From Ranitomeya imitator (lineage: Eukaryota): a stretch of 64,000 nucleotides of DNA. The translations under genes and the position numbers were made by a program. Below, in pieces: positions 49,501 through 56,055 of this stretch. The notes under the pieces were generated by a model, which had not been told where the DNA came from, made no database searches, and saw only the letters and a list, made by a program, of their open reading frames with translations. Every line of letters starts with the position of its first letter. The stretch's first letter is position 1. Where the stretch lies: assembly GCF_032444005.1 (NCBI RefSeq), contig NC_091282.1, forward strand, positions 143,592,001 through 143,656,000. The letters run 5' to 3'.

Positions 49501-52500
49501 CCAGTTAACTCGACTGCAAAAAGGACACGCCATAGATGAATGGTTTCAGCTCAGTTCGCACATACCTCTAAAAGGTATAGAGCCAGGGTCCCTGCGTGTC
49601 CGGGCGAGGTACTCTATGGAGAAGATTATGCCAGAAGAAGAGTACAATGAGTTTAAAGAGGTACCAATAATTTTGTCAAATTTTTTTTGTGGACTTTGTT
49701 CATATTTCCAACTTATTGGTATAAAGTTCTTAGTACTTACAGTGAAGGAAATAATAATTTGATCCCTTACTGATTTTGTTAGTTTGCCCACCGACAAAGA
49801 TATGACCAGTCTATAATTTTAAGGGTAGGTTAACTTTAACATTGAGAGATAGAATATCAAAAATAAAATCCAGAAAATCACATTGTATAAATTATATAAA
49901 TGTGTTTGTATTTTGCAGTGAGAGATAAGTATTTGATCCCTCTGGCAAATAAGACTTAATACTTGTTGCCAAAACCCTTGTTGGCAAGTACAGCAGTCAG
50001 ATATTTTTTGTAGTTGATGATCAGGTTTGCACACATATCAGGAGGAATTTTGGTCCACTCCTCTTTGCAGATCATCTCTAAATCATTAAGATTTTTAGGC
50101 TGTCGCTTGACAACTCGGAGCTTTAACTCCCTCCATAAGTTTTCTATGGGATTAAGGTCTGGAGACTGGCTAGGCCACTCCATGACCTTAATGTGCTTCT
50201 TTTTGAGCAACTCCTTTGTTGCCTTGGCTGTATGTTTTTGGGTCATTATCTTGCTGGAAGACCCAGTCACAACCCATTTTTAATGTCCTGGTGGAGGGAA
50301 GGACGTTGTCACTCAGGATTTTACGGTACATGGCTCTATCCATTCTACCATTGATGTGGTGAAATAGTCCTGTGCCCTTAGCACAGAAACACCCCCAAAA
50401 CATAATATTTCCACTTCCATGCTTGAAAGTGGGGATGGTGTTCTTTGGGTCATAGGCAGCCTTTCTCTTCCTCCAACCACGGCGAGTTGACCATAGCACC
50501 TTCTGACCACAGCACCTTCTCCCAATCGCCCACAGAATCATCCAGGTGTTTACTGGCAAACTTCAGATGACCGATACATGTGCTTTCTTGAGCAGGGGGA
50601 CCTTGCGGGCATTGCAAGATTTTAAACCTGCTTTGAGATCATTAACAAGTTCCCCTGTGTAGTTTTAGGCTGATCTCTCACCTTCCTCATGATCAAGGAT
50701 ACCCCACGAGGTGACATTATGCATGATGCCCCAGATCGATGTCAATTGACAGTGATTTTGTATTTCTTCCATTTTCTTACTATTGCACCAACAATTGTCT
50801 CCTTCTCACCCAGTGCCTTACTTATGGTTTTGTAGTCCATTCCAGCTTTGTGCAGGTCTAGGATCTCCCTGACATCTTTATAAAGCTCTTTGGTCTTTCC
50901 CATGTTGTAGATGTTAGTCTGACGGATTGAGTCTGTGGACAGGAGTCTTTTATAAAGGTGACTATGTAAGACAGCTGTCTTTAAAGGGAACCTGTCACCT
51001 GAATTTGGCGGGACCGGTTTTCGGTCATATGGGCGCAGGCATGTACTACGGAGGACAGAGAATGAACTTCAATCCAATATTGCGGCCAGCATGCAGCCAG
51101 CGGGTAAGGAAAGGGTGAATCAAACACCTGAAAACTCCACCCATATGACCGAAAACCGTTCCTGCCAAATACAGGTGACAGGTTCCCTTTAATGCAGGTA
51201 ACGAGTTGGTTAGGAGCGTCTAACTGGTCTGTAGGAGACAAAACTCTTAATGGTTGGTAGGGGATCAACTACTTATTTCTCACTGCAAAATGCAAATAAA
51301 TTTATATAATTTATACAATGTGATTTTCTGGATTTTATTTTTGATATCTATCTCTGTGATAAAATTAACCTATCCTTAAAATTATAGACTGTTGATGTCT
51401 TTGTCAGTGGGCAAACTTACAAAATCAGCAAGGGATCAAATACTTCTTCCATCATTGTACATTCTCACTTGAGCTTAAGTGTTGTAATGATATTCTATTG
51501 TCTAGTCGTTTCCTAAAGTTACTCGAAAATTCTCATGAAATATTATATTGGTTGTCTGTAAAGCGCTGCGGAATATGTCATGCAATTTAAGTAACAGAAT
51601 GATCCATGTATCACATGCCATTCATATTGCTGACCGTGTAATGTGTCAGGCCAGAGTGAGTCGCCCCTACTTGCTGACCCCCTGCTTTTGATTGTACAGG
51701 GGGTGTCACAAAGCAAACCTTTGAATGTAATAGTTATTTTTTGTCTCTTGCAGCTTATACTCCAGAAGGAGCTGCACGTTGTAAATGCGCTGTCTCATGT
51801 ATGTGGACAGGATCGAACACTACTTGCTAGCATTCTACTGCGGATTTTCCTACATGAAAAAATTGAATATTTGCTATTGCGAACACTTAATGACAAAGAA
51901 ATCAGCGTGGAAGGTGCTAAAGGTTTTTTGTTATTCTGCACAGATTTTTCATGTCCTAACCTGTTTACAGTGAACGTTACACGCAATAGATTATTTCATG
52001 GTTTACACTGACCTGACCCTCCTTTGTCTGTATAATTTGTTTCAGTAGTTGTCTATATCCTGTGTTATTTGATAATGTTCTATTTCCCCATAATGCAGAT
52101 GAAGCTACAACTCTTTTCCGAGCCACAACTTTAGCAAGCACACTCATGGAGCAATACATGAAAGCCACTGCGACTCCATTTGTCCATCACGCTCTGAAAG
52201 ACACCATATTAAAAATAATGGAGAGCAAACAATCTTGTGAGGTAAGACGTTTCTCAGTAAATCATTTTATTTTCTGATGTACGGTCAGTCTGATCGGTTT
52301 CTACGTGTTTTATCCCATTGACTTTAACACCCATTATTTACTAGTGTTCTGTTTTACACAGCTGAACCCCTCAAAGCTGGAGAAGAATGAAGATGTGAAC
52401 GCCAACTTGGCCCACCTCTTGGCTTTACTTTCAGAGTTGGTAGAAAAAATTTTCATGGCAGCAGAAATACTTCCTCCGTAAGTACAGAGATCTTGCTCGA

Positions 52501-54669
52501 ATTTAACCCTTTTATGACCGATGACGTACAGCCTCAGATATTTAGCCTACAACCCAGCCCCAGATCCTGAAAAATGGAGACGTTACGGGTCTCAGAAAAT
52601 GGCGCCAATTTTTCTTTTTTTTTTGCAAACTTTGCAAGTTTTTCCACAATCTAAAGAAAAAATGAATCTATACATGTTTGGTATCTGCAAACTCGTAATG
52701 ACCTGGAGAATCATAATAGCTGGTTAGTTTTAGCATTCAGTGAACATGGAATTAAAAGAAACTATTGTGAAATTGAACTTTTTTTTTTGCAATGTCACCG
52801 CACTTAAAAAAAATTTTTTTCCATTTTCCAGTACACTATATGGTAAAATCAATGGCGGGTGTATAAAAGTACAACTCATCCCACAAAAAAAAACAAGCCC
52901 TCACACTGCCATATTGACGGAAAAATAAAAAAAACTTATGCCTCTGGGAAGAAGGGAAGAAAAAAAAGAAAACCCAAAAAACTGAAAATCCCAAGGTTGT
53001 GAAGGAGATAAGGCTACGTTCACATTTGCGTTGTTGGGCGCAGCGTCGTCGACGCATGCGTCAAGCGCCCCTATCTTTAACATGGGGGGCGCATGGACAT
53101 GCGCTGGTATGCGTTGTATTGCGTTTTACGACGCATGCGTCAATATGACGCACCAGACACGGCGCGGAAGGCGCTACTTGTAGCGTTTCCCCTGCGCCAA
53201 AATTCAAGAACATTACTAGTTTATGGCAATGCATGTGTCAAAAAATGCAGCGTTGTGTTTTGCGTTGTTGGTTGCGTCGACGACGCTGCGCCCAACAACG
53301 CAAATGTGAACGTAGCCTAAGCGGTTGTCTTGTTGTGAAGTACAATAATACTGCTGCAAACTGATAATTTTATGTGGTCCGCATATGTAACCAAGCAACA
53401 ACCTGCAATAGGTGTTGTCTGGCCTTGTGGCGAAGCTTTACAGTCACTCTCTGAGAGTACAGACTTCTGAATCCTTACAGTGCACACCACACACACTGTC
53501 AGGATTGTCCGGTGTTACTGCTGAGGCCAGGTATGTAATTTCCATAATTCGGCCACATTCCAACTAGACTTGTGCGGCCTCATTCATTTACTTGTATTGA
53601 GTGAGGCAGAGCACATCATGTTGTTGTTGTTGTTGTTATTATTTATTTATAAAGCACCATTAATTCCATGGTGCTGTACATCTTGTTAGCACATGACCGC
53701 ACATATTCAGTTGTATACTTGTGCAATATGTTCATATACTTGCCCTATCTCGGCAGCAACACCGGAGAATCCTGACAGCGTGCGGTGCTTCCTGGATTCA
53801 GAAGTATGACTTGCACCACAAGACCAGACAACCTCTTCAATGTAGATGAATTTCCTATTGCTGGTTGTAGCTTGGTTACTTACACTGACGATGAATAATT
53901 ATTAGCAGATTACAGCCATATCCCGCTGCTTATTCATCTACAGACGTGCTCGCATTGCATGGATGTCCGTTTATTAGAATAGTGAATGGCTATAAGCGGC
54001 AGCCGGACACTTCTGATAATCATATGATTTAAATAGGATAATTCATTCTCCTGTTAAGTGCCTGGCCCTGCTGGGAGATACCCTTAAGCAACAAAGGACT
54101 GAACTAGGTAAAATCCAAGTTTTCTGCTCCTCCTTTTCTCTTAGGACCCAGACATTTTAGGTATTTTGTAAAGAGATGCCTACAGATACTAATAGGATGC
54201 CTGTGTCTTTACTCTGTAATGGTAGCACATGTAATGATCATGCACATTTTACATCTTTTTACCAGAACTTTGAGGTATATCTATGGATGCTTACAGAGAT
54301 CTGTGCAGCAAAAGTGGCCTTCTAATACAACGATGAGGACAAGAGTTGTTAGGTAAGTGGCAATAGGACAAGGCAAGAAAAAATAATTTCAGAAACTTCA
54401 TTTTGTCACCATGTTTCACAAAATAAACTCTTTACTTTAGCAAATACAACTTAGACCTGATGAGGCCGGTGTACGTATTTTGAAAATCTATTTCTCAATC
54501 GATCTTGAATGTACTTATAATTCAAACAATATACAAAATGAGGAGTTGGGAAATTAATCATTACATTGAGTTAATTTTTTTTTTTTTAATCAAATTTTCA
54601 GTGGCTTTGTTTTCCTGCGATTAATCTGCCCAGCTATCCTGAACCCAAGAATGTTTAATATCATCTCAG
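1416..54669 (+). CDS. RASA1: RASA1 / p120 Ras GTPase-activating protein, partial spliced gene (20 coding exons, human-equivalent exons 2-21)
   Basis: Twenty AG/GT-bounded exons (one GC donor) splice in frame to [15 protein letters not shown]...[19 protein letters not shown], which I recognise as p120 RasGAP. Exon lengths are 153,136,71,118,32,53,151,79,121,157,88,78,158,77,173,160,143,116,87,68, matching my recollection of human RASA1 exons 2-21. Confidence 0.98.
1802..2183. mobile_element. Degenerate Kolobok/T2-like MITE
   Basis: ttaa|aaggggtttcca at the left end and imperfect inverted gggaaaccctt at the right; right TSD degraded. Confidence 0.45.
2485..3101. mobile_element. Kolobok/T2-type MITE nested in the Tc2-like element
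   Basis: TTAA|aggggaatcttgtca ... gaaagattccc|TTAA; long imperfect TIRs (gcatataagctgcggccaccgcc / ggcggtggccgcagcttatatgt); related to the MITE at 23160/35110-35635. Confidence 0.8.
3752..4992. mobile_element. Non-autonomous piggyBac-like element nested in the Tc2-like element
   Basis: (c)taa|ccccttcat ... gaaagggg|TTAA termini; host gagagcagtgaatattc repeats resume on both sides. Confidence 0.7.
5499..5634 (+). CDS. RASA1: RASA1 exon 3 (N-terminal SH2, GC donor)
   Basis: tacag|G ATT ATA GCC ATG...CCG CCA GAG|gcaagt; [45 protein letters not shown]; 136 nt. Confidence 0.96.
6847..6917 (+). CDS. RASA1: RASA1 exon 4 (SH3 start)
   Basis: tttag|CCA GTG GAA GAC...GAA ATC AG|gtgggt; [23 protein letters not shown]; 71 nt. 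Confidence 0.96.
7581..7698 (+). CDS. RASA1: RASA1 exon 5 (SH3)
   Basis: ttcag|T TTT CTG AAA GGA...GAA GTG|gtaagt; [39 protein letters not shown]; 118 nt. Confidence 0.97.
8506..8537 (+). CDS. RASA1: RASA1 exon 6
   Basis: gttag|GGC AGA GAA GAG GAT CCA CAT GAA GGC AAG AT|gtaagc; [10 protein letters not shown]; 32 nt. Confidence 0.94.
8619..10230 (+). mobile_element. Tc1-like DNA transposon, full length, long TIRs, disabled DD34E transposase
   Basis: TA|cagtgccttgcgaaagtattcg ... cgaatacttttgcaatgcactg|TA; about 200-bp TIRs; 1612 bp. Confidence 0.95.
9008..10018 (+). pseudogene. Tc1 transposase pseudogene
   Basis: [12 protein letters not shown]...; [14 protein letters not shown] and SPDLNPIE motifs with D-x34-E spacing; in-frame TGA stops at 9170-9172 and 9971-9973; original stop TAA at 10016-10018. 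Confidence 0.92.
10545..10597 (+). CDS. RASA1: RASA1 exon 7 (C-terminal SH2 start)
   Basis: tgtag|A TGG TTC CAT GGG AAA...ATG ACA G|gtaaat; [17 protein letters not shown]; 53 nt. Confidence 0.96.
12961..13164. mobile_element. Palindromic MITE remnant (hAT-like, ...ctcgctcatcacta end)
   Basis: gctcggagatttag...cagctgcatgatttacggctgctggacagcctgaata is inverted with tattcaggctgtctagcagccgtaaatgatgcagctg...ctaaatctccgagc; left terminus decayed. Confidence 0.55.
13571..14110 (+). CDS. CR1 ORF1 C-terminal SGNH/GDSL esterase domain (5'-truncated)
   Basis: [11 protein letters not shown] (block I), LLIHVGTND (block III), DGLHLN (block V); esterase domains are known in CR1/L2 ORF1s. Confidence 0.85.
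   Translation: MTAKSTAKKQRRVVVVGDSLLRGTEAAICRPDITAREVCCLPGAMIKDVTDRIPKLFSSKDVHPFLLIHVGTNDTARKDLPTICKDFEELGKKVKELDAQVVFSSILPVDGHGTRRWNRILDANNWLRRWCRQQGFGFLDHGVNYWYDGLLARDGLHLNKPGKHTFARRLATLIRRALN
14248..17028 (+). CDS. CR1 ORF2: AP endonuclease plus reverse transcriptase, 926 aa, uninterrupted
   Basis: NARSL, GITETW, GDFNYP, LDL and SDH (APE motifs); [34 protein letters not shown] and FADD (RT motifs); frame open from 14014. Confidence 0.96.
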   Translation: MLANARSLTNKMEELEAEISTGNFDIVGITETWLDESYDWAVNLQGYSLFRKDRKNRRGGGVCLYVKSCLKSTLREDISEGNEDVESIWVEIHGGKNGNKILIGVCYKPPNITETMESLLLKQIDEAATHNEVLVMGDFNYPDINWETETCETHKGNRFLLITKKNYLSQLVQNPTRGAALLDLILSNRPDRITNLQVVGHLGNSDHNIVQFHLSFTRGTCQGVTKTLNFRKAKFEQLRDALNLVDWDNILRNENTDNKWEMFKNILNRQCKRFIPCGNKRTRNRKNPMWLNKEVRQAINSKKKAFALLKQDGTIEALKNYREKNTLSKKLIKAAKKETEKHIAKESKTNPKLFFNYINSKRIKTENVGPLKNSEERMVVDDEEKANILNTFFSTVFTVENEMLGEIPRNNENPILRVTNLTQEEVRNRLNKIKIDKSPGPDGIHPRVLRELSNVIDKPLFLIFSDSIATGSVPQDWRIANVVPIFKKGSKSEPGNYRPVSLTSIVGKIFEGFLRDVILDYLNENNCLTPYQHGFMRNRSCQTNLISFYEEVSYRLDHGESLDVVYLDFSKAFDTVPHKRLVHKMRMLGLGENVCKWVSNWLSDRKQRVVINGIVSNWVEVTSGVPQGSVLGPVLFNIFINDLVEGLHSKISIFADDTKLCKAVNTREDSILLQMDLDKLETWAERWQMRFNNDKCKVIHMGRGNQYHHYTLNGKPLGKSDREKDLGILVNDKLTWSSQCQAAAAKANRIMGCIKRGLDTHDESIILPLYKSLVRPHMEYCVQFWAPVLRKDIMELERVQRRATKLIKGMRELQYPDRLAKLGLFSLEKRRLRGDLITMYKYIRGQYKYLAEDLFIPRKVTGTRGHSLRLEERRFFHQHRRGFFTVRAVRIWNCLPEEVVMANSVEGFKRGLDVFLEQNNIVSYNY
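17545..17733. mobile_element. hAT (Charlie-like) MITE
   Basis: 8-bp TSD gtctagat/gtctagac (NTCTAGAN target); TIR cagtgtttcccaaacc / ggtttgggaagcactg. Confidence 0.85.
18148..18670. mobile_element. PIF/Harbinger-type MITE
   Basis: TTA|ggcctctttcacacttccgtc ... gacggaagtgtgaaagaggcc|TTA. Confidence 0.85.
18674..19861. mobile_element. PIF/Harbinger-type element(s) spanning the assembly gap
   Basis: TTA|gggtatgttcacacg ... tgtgtgaacatggcc|TTA; the two sides of the N gap may belong to different copies. Confidence 0.55.
18885..19162. other. Assembly gap (278 N)
   Basis: Run of n characters. Confidence 0.99.
20565..20715 (+). CDS. RASA1: RASA1 exon 8 (C-terminal SH2)
   Basis: ttcag|TC GGA CAA ATC...TAT TAC AG|gtaaca; [49 protein letters not shown]; 151 nt. 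Confidence 0.97.
21212..21290 (+). CDS. RASA1: RASA1 exon 9
   Basis: aacag|A ATT GAT GAT...CCT GTG CAG|gtaaag; [26 protein letters not shown]; 79 nt. Confidence 0.96.
21441..23048 (-). mobile_element. Tc1-like DNA transposon, same family as 8619-10230, inverted, frameshifted transposase
   Basis: TA|cagtgccttgcgaaaatattcgg at the left; right tip damaged (cgaatactttccacta|TA); minus-strand ORFs 22078-22665 ([12 protein letters not shown]...WSDETK) and 21722-22087 (QQDNDPKH...NPIE). Confidence 0.93.
26493..27869 (+). pseudogene. DIRS-B ORF1 (gag-like), frameshifted
   Basis: MSSKGG...CSSC-x12-CQSC (26493-27020), VDPPVSRLS segment near 27165, and LKAWQAD...[14 protein letters not shown] (27513-27869); homologous to the DIRS-A ORF1 pieces. 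Confidence 0.8.
27403..29775 (+). CDS. DIRS-B ORF2: reverse transcriptase, RNase H and methyltransferase-like domain; open for 790 codons (true start probably near 27860)
   Basis: [24 protein letters not shown] and YLDD (RT); TDAS...TDN...ADF (RNase H); DVDL.ASR...YLFPP...APDWP..AWF (MT-like domain of DIRS1 elements). Confidence 0.93.
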   Translation: MPTRFPTLAITWSPPPWMSSLVRLRLPAMPLPSTGPFCSRPGRRTCLPKSPSLVCPSRALVSLVPSWTKSLRTPPGVQVLFSPRLNLVALLLDGSFAPFGLFVASLHQTPFPSSNRGHRHVKRRRRCPLGPLRPGVLTTPRADPPGPGLEDPPPHDSRQDSSPTPRLGGRLLLFRDVWISAVEDAWVREVVSSGYKIEFASRPRDRLFQSRPPRDPALVPGFFAAIASLLKSGVIVPVPEKERFTGFYSNLFVVTKKDDKVQPILDLKLLNRRVRLRHFRMESLRSVIASMEAPEFLCSIDIQDAYLHVPIFPGHHRFLRFAVQRDHFQFVTLPFGLATAPKVFTKIMAALMAILRVRGLVLFSYLDDILIKAPSFAQAHESLSIVLDTLARFGWLVNRKKSCLIPSQRIIFLGMLFDTRQTRVFLPKDKISTLCRDIRLLQGPRPPSLRSAMKVLGRMVATLEAIPFAQFHSRPLQQAILSQWDRSVFSLDQPIRLSSRVKRSLNWRLTSPLISQGRSFLPVHWQVVTTDASLIGWGVVFRHLTVRGCWSSQESSLPINVLDIRAIFLSLRHWERILRGLPVRIQTDNATAVAYVNHQGGTRSSLALAEVSKILLWAEATVPVISAVHIPGVDNWAADFLICEGLAAGEWSLHPEVFHQICLRWGTPDVDLTASRINRKVPQFVSRSRDPLAVGVDALAIPWSQFELPYLFPPLPLLPKLLKKIKAEGVPVILIAPDWPRRAWFAELVNLLADAPWHLPDRPDLLSQGPICHPNSRSLSLTAWLLRPRF
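28704..30793 (+). pseudogene. DIRS-B ORF3: overprinted N-terminus plus tyrosine recombinase, disrupted
   Basis: ORFs 28704-29693 and 29751-30278 share a frame and are split by one TGA; RRVSEL (catalytic Arg), HSTR and W..TF..FY motifs; TAG at 30276-30278 and a frameshift near 30475. Confidence 0.88.
36140..36260 (+). CDS. RASA1: RASA1 exon 10 (PH start)
   Basis: ctcag|CAT CAG GAG CAA...AAG AAG A|gtgagt; [40 protein letters not shown]; 121 nt. Confidence 0.97.
36925..37308 (-). mobile_element. MITE (PIF/Harbinger-like), copy 1 of an inverted pair; strand shows orientation relative to copy 2 only
   Basis: TAA|aggtaccgtcaca ... tgtgaaggtacct|TAA. Confidence 0.8.
37477..37871 (+). mobile_element. 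MITE (PIF/Harbinger-like), copy 2, inverted relative to copy 1
   Basis: TAT|aggtaccgtcacac ... gtgtgacggtacct|TAT; internal sequence is the reverse complement of copy 1. Confidence 0.8.
38340..38746. repeat. Inverted repeat (about 165-bp arms), possible Penelope-like remnant
   Basis: aaaagaggttgcactct...ccaatgtcaaggtggtctcaa versus ttgagaccaccttgacgttgg...agagtgcaaccttttt. Confidence 0.6.
38916..39072 (+). CDS. RASA1: RASA1 exon 11 (PH)
   Basis: tgcag|GT AAA GGC AAA CGG TGG...TTT GGC AG|gtgagc; [51 protein letters not shown]; 157 nt. Confidence 0.97.
39988..40594. mobile_element. Kolobok/T2 MITE
   Basis: TTAA|agggaacctgtcacccc ... ggggtgacagattccct|TTAA; long TIRs. Confidence 0.88.
40963..41050 (+). 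CDS. RASA1: RASA1 exon 12 (PH)
   Basis: ttcag|G CCA AAC TGT...GCG GAG|gtaacg; [29 protein letters not shown]; 88 nt. Confidence 0.97.
41605..46745 (+). mobile_element. DIRS1-like element C, non-autonomous and internally deleted
   Basis: Left ITR ttttctccttcgcctcattgggggacacag; ICR about 46400-46500; right ITR about 46580-46745; RT, RH and YR remnants with frameshifts at 44300-46340. Confidence 0.9.
42681..43178 (+). repeat. 30-bp minisatellite inside DIRS-C (about 16.5 copies)
   Basis: Unit (t/c)ctggtcttaaaggtgcatgaccagtattc. Confidence 0.97.
47127..47204 (+). CDS. RASA1: RASA1 exon 13 (PH end / linker)
   Basis: attag|GAT TGG ATG...AGA CAG|gtctgt; [26 protein letters not shown]; 78 nt. Confidence 0.96.
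47694..47851 (+). CDS. RASA1: RASA1 exon 14 (C2)
   Basis: tttag|GTC AGC AGC...TTC TTT GA|gtaagt; [52 protein letters not shown]; 158 nt. Confidence 0.97.
47966..48386. mobile_element. Penelope-like retroelement remnant (palindrome plus tail) with 14-bp TSD
   Basis: TSD ccagagggaacatt at 47952-47965 and 48387-48400; inverted arms 47965-48099 and 48159-48290; loop contains CTGAGGA...GAAACGCGTA. Confidence 0.65.
48589..49104 (+). repeat. 30-bp minisatellite in RASA1 intron 14 (about 17 copies)
   Basis: Unit cattgcccagctcctctggctccatatccg with variants. Confidence 0.97.
49322..49398 (+). CDS. RASA1: RASA1 exon 15 (C2)
   Basis: tttaag|C GAT TTA TCA...GAC ATA T|gtaagt; [25 protein letters not shown]; 77 nt; AAG acceptor after a long poly-T tract. 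Confidence 0.95.
49488..49660 (+). CDS. RASA1: RASA1 exon 16 (C2 end)
   Basis: cttag|TA TTC ATG CGC...AAA GAG|gtacca; [57 protein letters not shown]; 173 nt. Confidence 0.97.
49740..51457 (-). mobile_element. Tc1-like DNA transposon (second family), decayed transposase, with nested MITE
   Basis: TA|cagtgaaggaaataataatttgatccc ... gggatcaaatacttcttccatcattg|TA; minus-strand [15 protein letters not shown] (49956-50270) and FQQDNDPK remnants. Confidence 0.9.
50985..51188. mobile_element. Kolobok/T2 MITE (204 bp) nested in Tc1
   Basis: TTAA|agggaacctgtcacctg ... caggtgacaggttccct|TTAA. Confidence 0.92.
51754..51913 (+). CDS. RASA1: RASA1 exon 17 (RasGAP domain start)
   Basis: tgcag|CTT ATA CTC...GTG GAA G|gtgcta; [53 protein letters not shown]; 160 nt. 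Confidence 0.96.
52099..52241 (+). CDS. RASA1: RASA1 exon 18 (RasGAP, arginine finger)
   Basis: tgcag|AT GAA GCT ACA...TGT GAG|gtaaga; [47 protein letters not shown]; FRATTLAS contains the catalytic Arg (human R789); 143 nt. Confidence 0.97.
52362..52477 (+). CDS. RASA1: RASA1 exon 19 (RasGAP)
   Basis: cacag|CTG AAC CCC...CTT CCT CC|gtaagt; [38 protein letters not shown]; 116 nt. Confidence 0.97.
52507..53007. mobile_element. Short non-autonomous piggyBac-like element
   Basis: TTAA|cccttttatgacc ... ggttgtgaaggag|ataa (degenerate right TIR and TSD). Confidence 0.6.
53012..53317. mobile_element. PIF/Harbinger-type MITE
   Basis: TAA|ggctacgttcacatttgcgttgttgggcgcagcgtcgtcgacgca ... cgtcgacgacgctgcgcccaacaacgcaaatgtgaacgtagcc|TAA. 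Confidence 0.9.
53457..53810. mobile_element. Degenerate MITE-like inverted repeat
   Basis: acttctgaatcc...ctgtcaggattgtccggtgttactgctgag versus ctcggcagcaacaccggagaatcctgacag...ggattcagaagt. Confidence 0.5.
54266..54352 (+). CDS. RASA1: RASA1 exon 20 (RasGAP)
   Basis: accag|A ACT TTG AGG...GTT GTT AG|gtaagt; [28 protein letters not shown]; 87 nt. Confidence 0.97.
54602..54669 (+). CDS. RASA1: RASA1 exon 21 (RasGAP FLR motif)
   Basis: ttcag|T GGC TTT GTT...ATC TCA G|gtatgt; [22 protein letters not shown]; 68 nt. Confidence 0.97.
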
Positions 54670-56055
54670 GTATGTACTCACTGTTAGGATTCTGCTGTTT
54701 CTGACGTTCCGGGCGCTCTTCACGTGAACGATGTATATGCGATTTGCATTCAGCCGATCATGAGCTGACATTATCTGCATAAGAGGAGCCGGCCCTCAAT
54801 GGCTGGCCCTGCTTGACGGCAGGTTTCCTATAGATATATACACAAATAGTGACTTGTTAGTAAAGTCAAGCGAATTGACACAAGTCGGAGGGAACCTACC
54901 CTGATGGTCTTCCCATACCCAGCTTCTTCTTAAAGTACATTTTCTCTGAAACGCACCATACAGGAGTAAAACCTAGATGCTTGCAATCAGGCTGCCTGTG
55001 CTCAATTCATTCTGCCTATCATTTGAGCTGCATGACTCAAGTGACTGGTGACTGCATGCCCTGTATAAAAGAGGCAAAACACTTAAGTAATGACACTACT
55101 GCTACATTAAATAATGCTTGAGATATCAAAATTATCATTTTAATCACAAAAACAGGTATGGAGTTTAAGATATGACTGCCAACAAAGGGTAGCATGGGAC
55201 GACTAAATAGTTTAGTCGTCGGCAACGTGTCAATAAGGGCACATAAAGTGCAAGTACTGCGTCATGATTCATCCAATCATGTTGGCCAACAAGGAACAGG
55301 AATGATCTTCCCCATTATGTGTCCATTGTTCTCGCCTGCACCCCAACACACATGCATGTTTCGTATGTATGGTTTGAGCAAGCCTCGATAAGGATGATTC
55401 TGAAAAAGGCCATGAAACAGCCCAGAACTACATGAGAAGGCCTGATCAATGACTTGTGGAGAGATGGGACCACAGTCTCGAACATTACCATTATTAACCC
55501 CTTCCCGACCTGTGACACCACGTAGGCGTCATGAAAGTCGGTGTCAATCCGACCTGTGACGCCTATGTGGCGTCATGGCAGGATCGCATTCCTGCAGATC
55601 GGGTGAAAGGGTTAACTAAAATTTCACCCGACCTGCAGGGACAGGGGGAGTGGTATTTCAGCCCGGCTTTGCCCCCACGTGGCTACGATCACTCTGATTG
55701 GCTTTTTCACTTTCAACAGCCAATCAGAGCGATTTGTAATATTTCATCAATGAAACTTGGTGAAATATTACAATCCAGCCATGGCTGATGCTGCAATATC
55801 ATCGGCCATGGCTGGAGACTGTGATTTGCCCCCTCCACCGACTGACAGTGGCGAACTGCCGCCGCTGTCTTTCCTCCCCTCCGTTTTGTACTCCGCTGCC
55901 CTCCTCTCCCCTCCACCCGGCCTCCCCTCCGTTCCTCCCCTACCGAACCTATCACAGTGATCAAAATAAAAAAAATAGTAAATAAAGCCCCCCCTTATCA
56001 CACCCATAAGTAGGGAAAATAATGAAATAAGGAAAATATATTTTTATTTTTCCAC

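Noticed and set aside
51643-52011. 122-aa ORF as a separate gene or extended exon
   Set aside because: It is RASA1 exon 17 plus in-frame intronic flanks; splice sites at 51754 and 51913 give the expected 160-nt exon.
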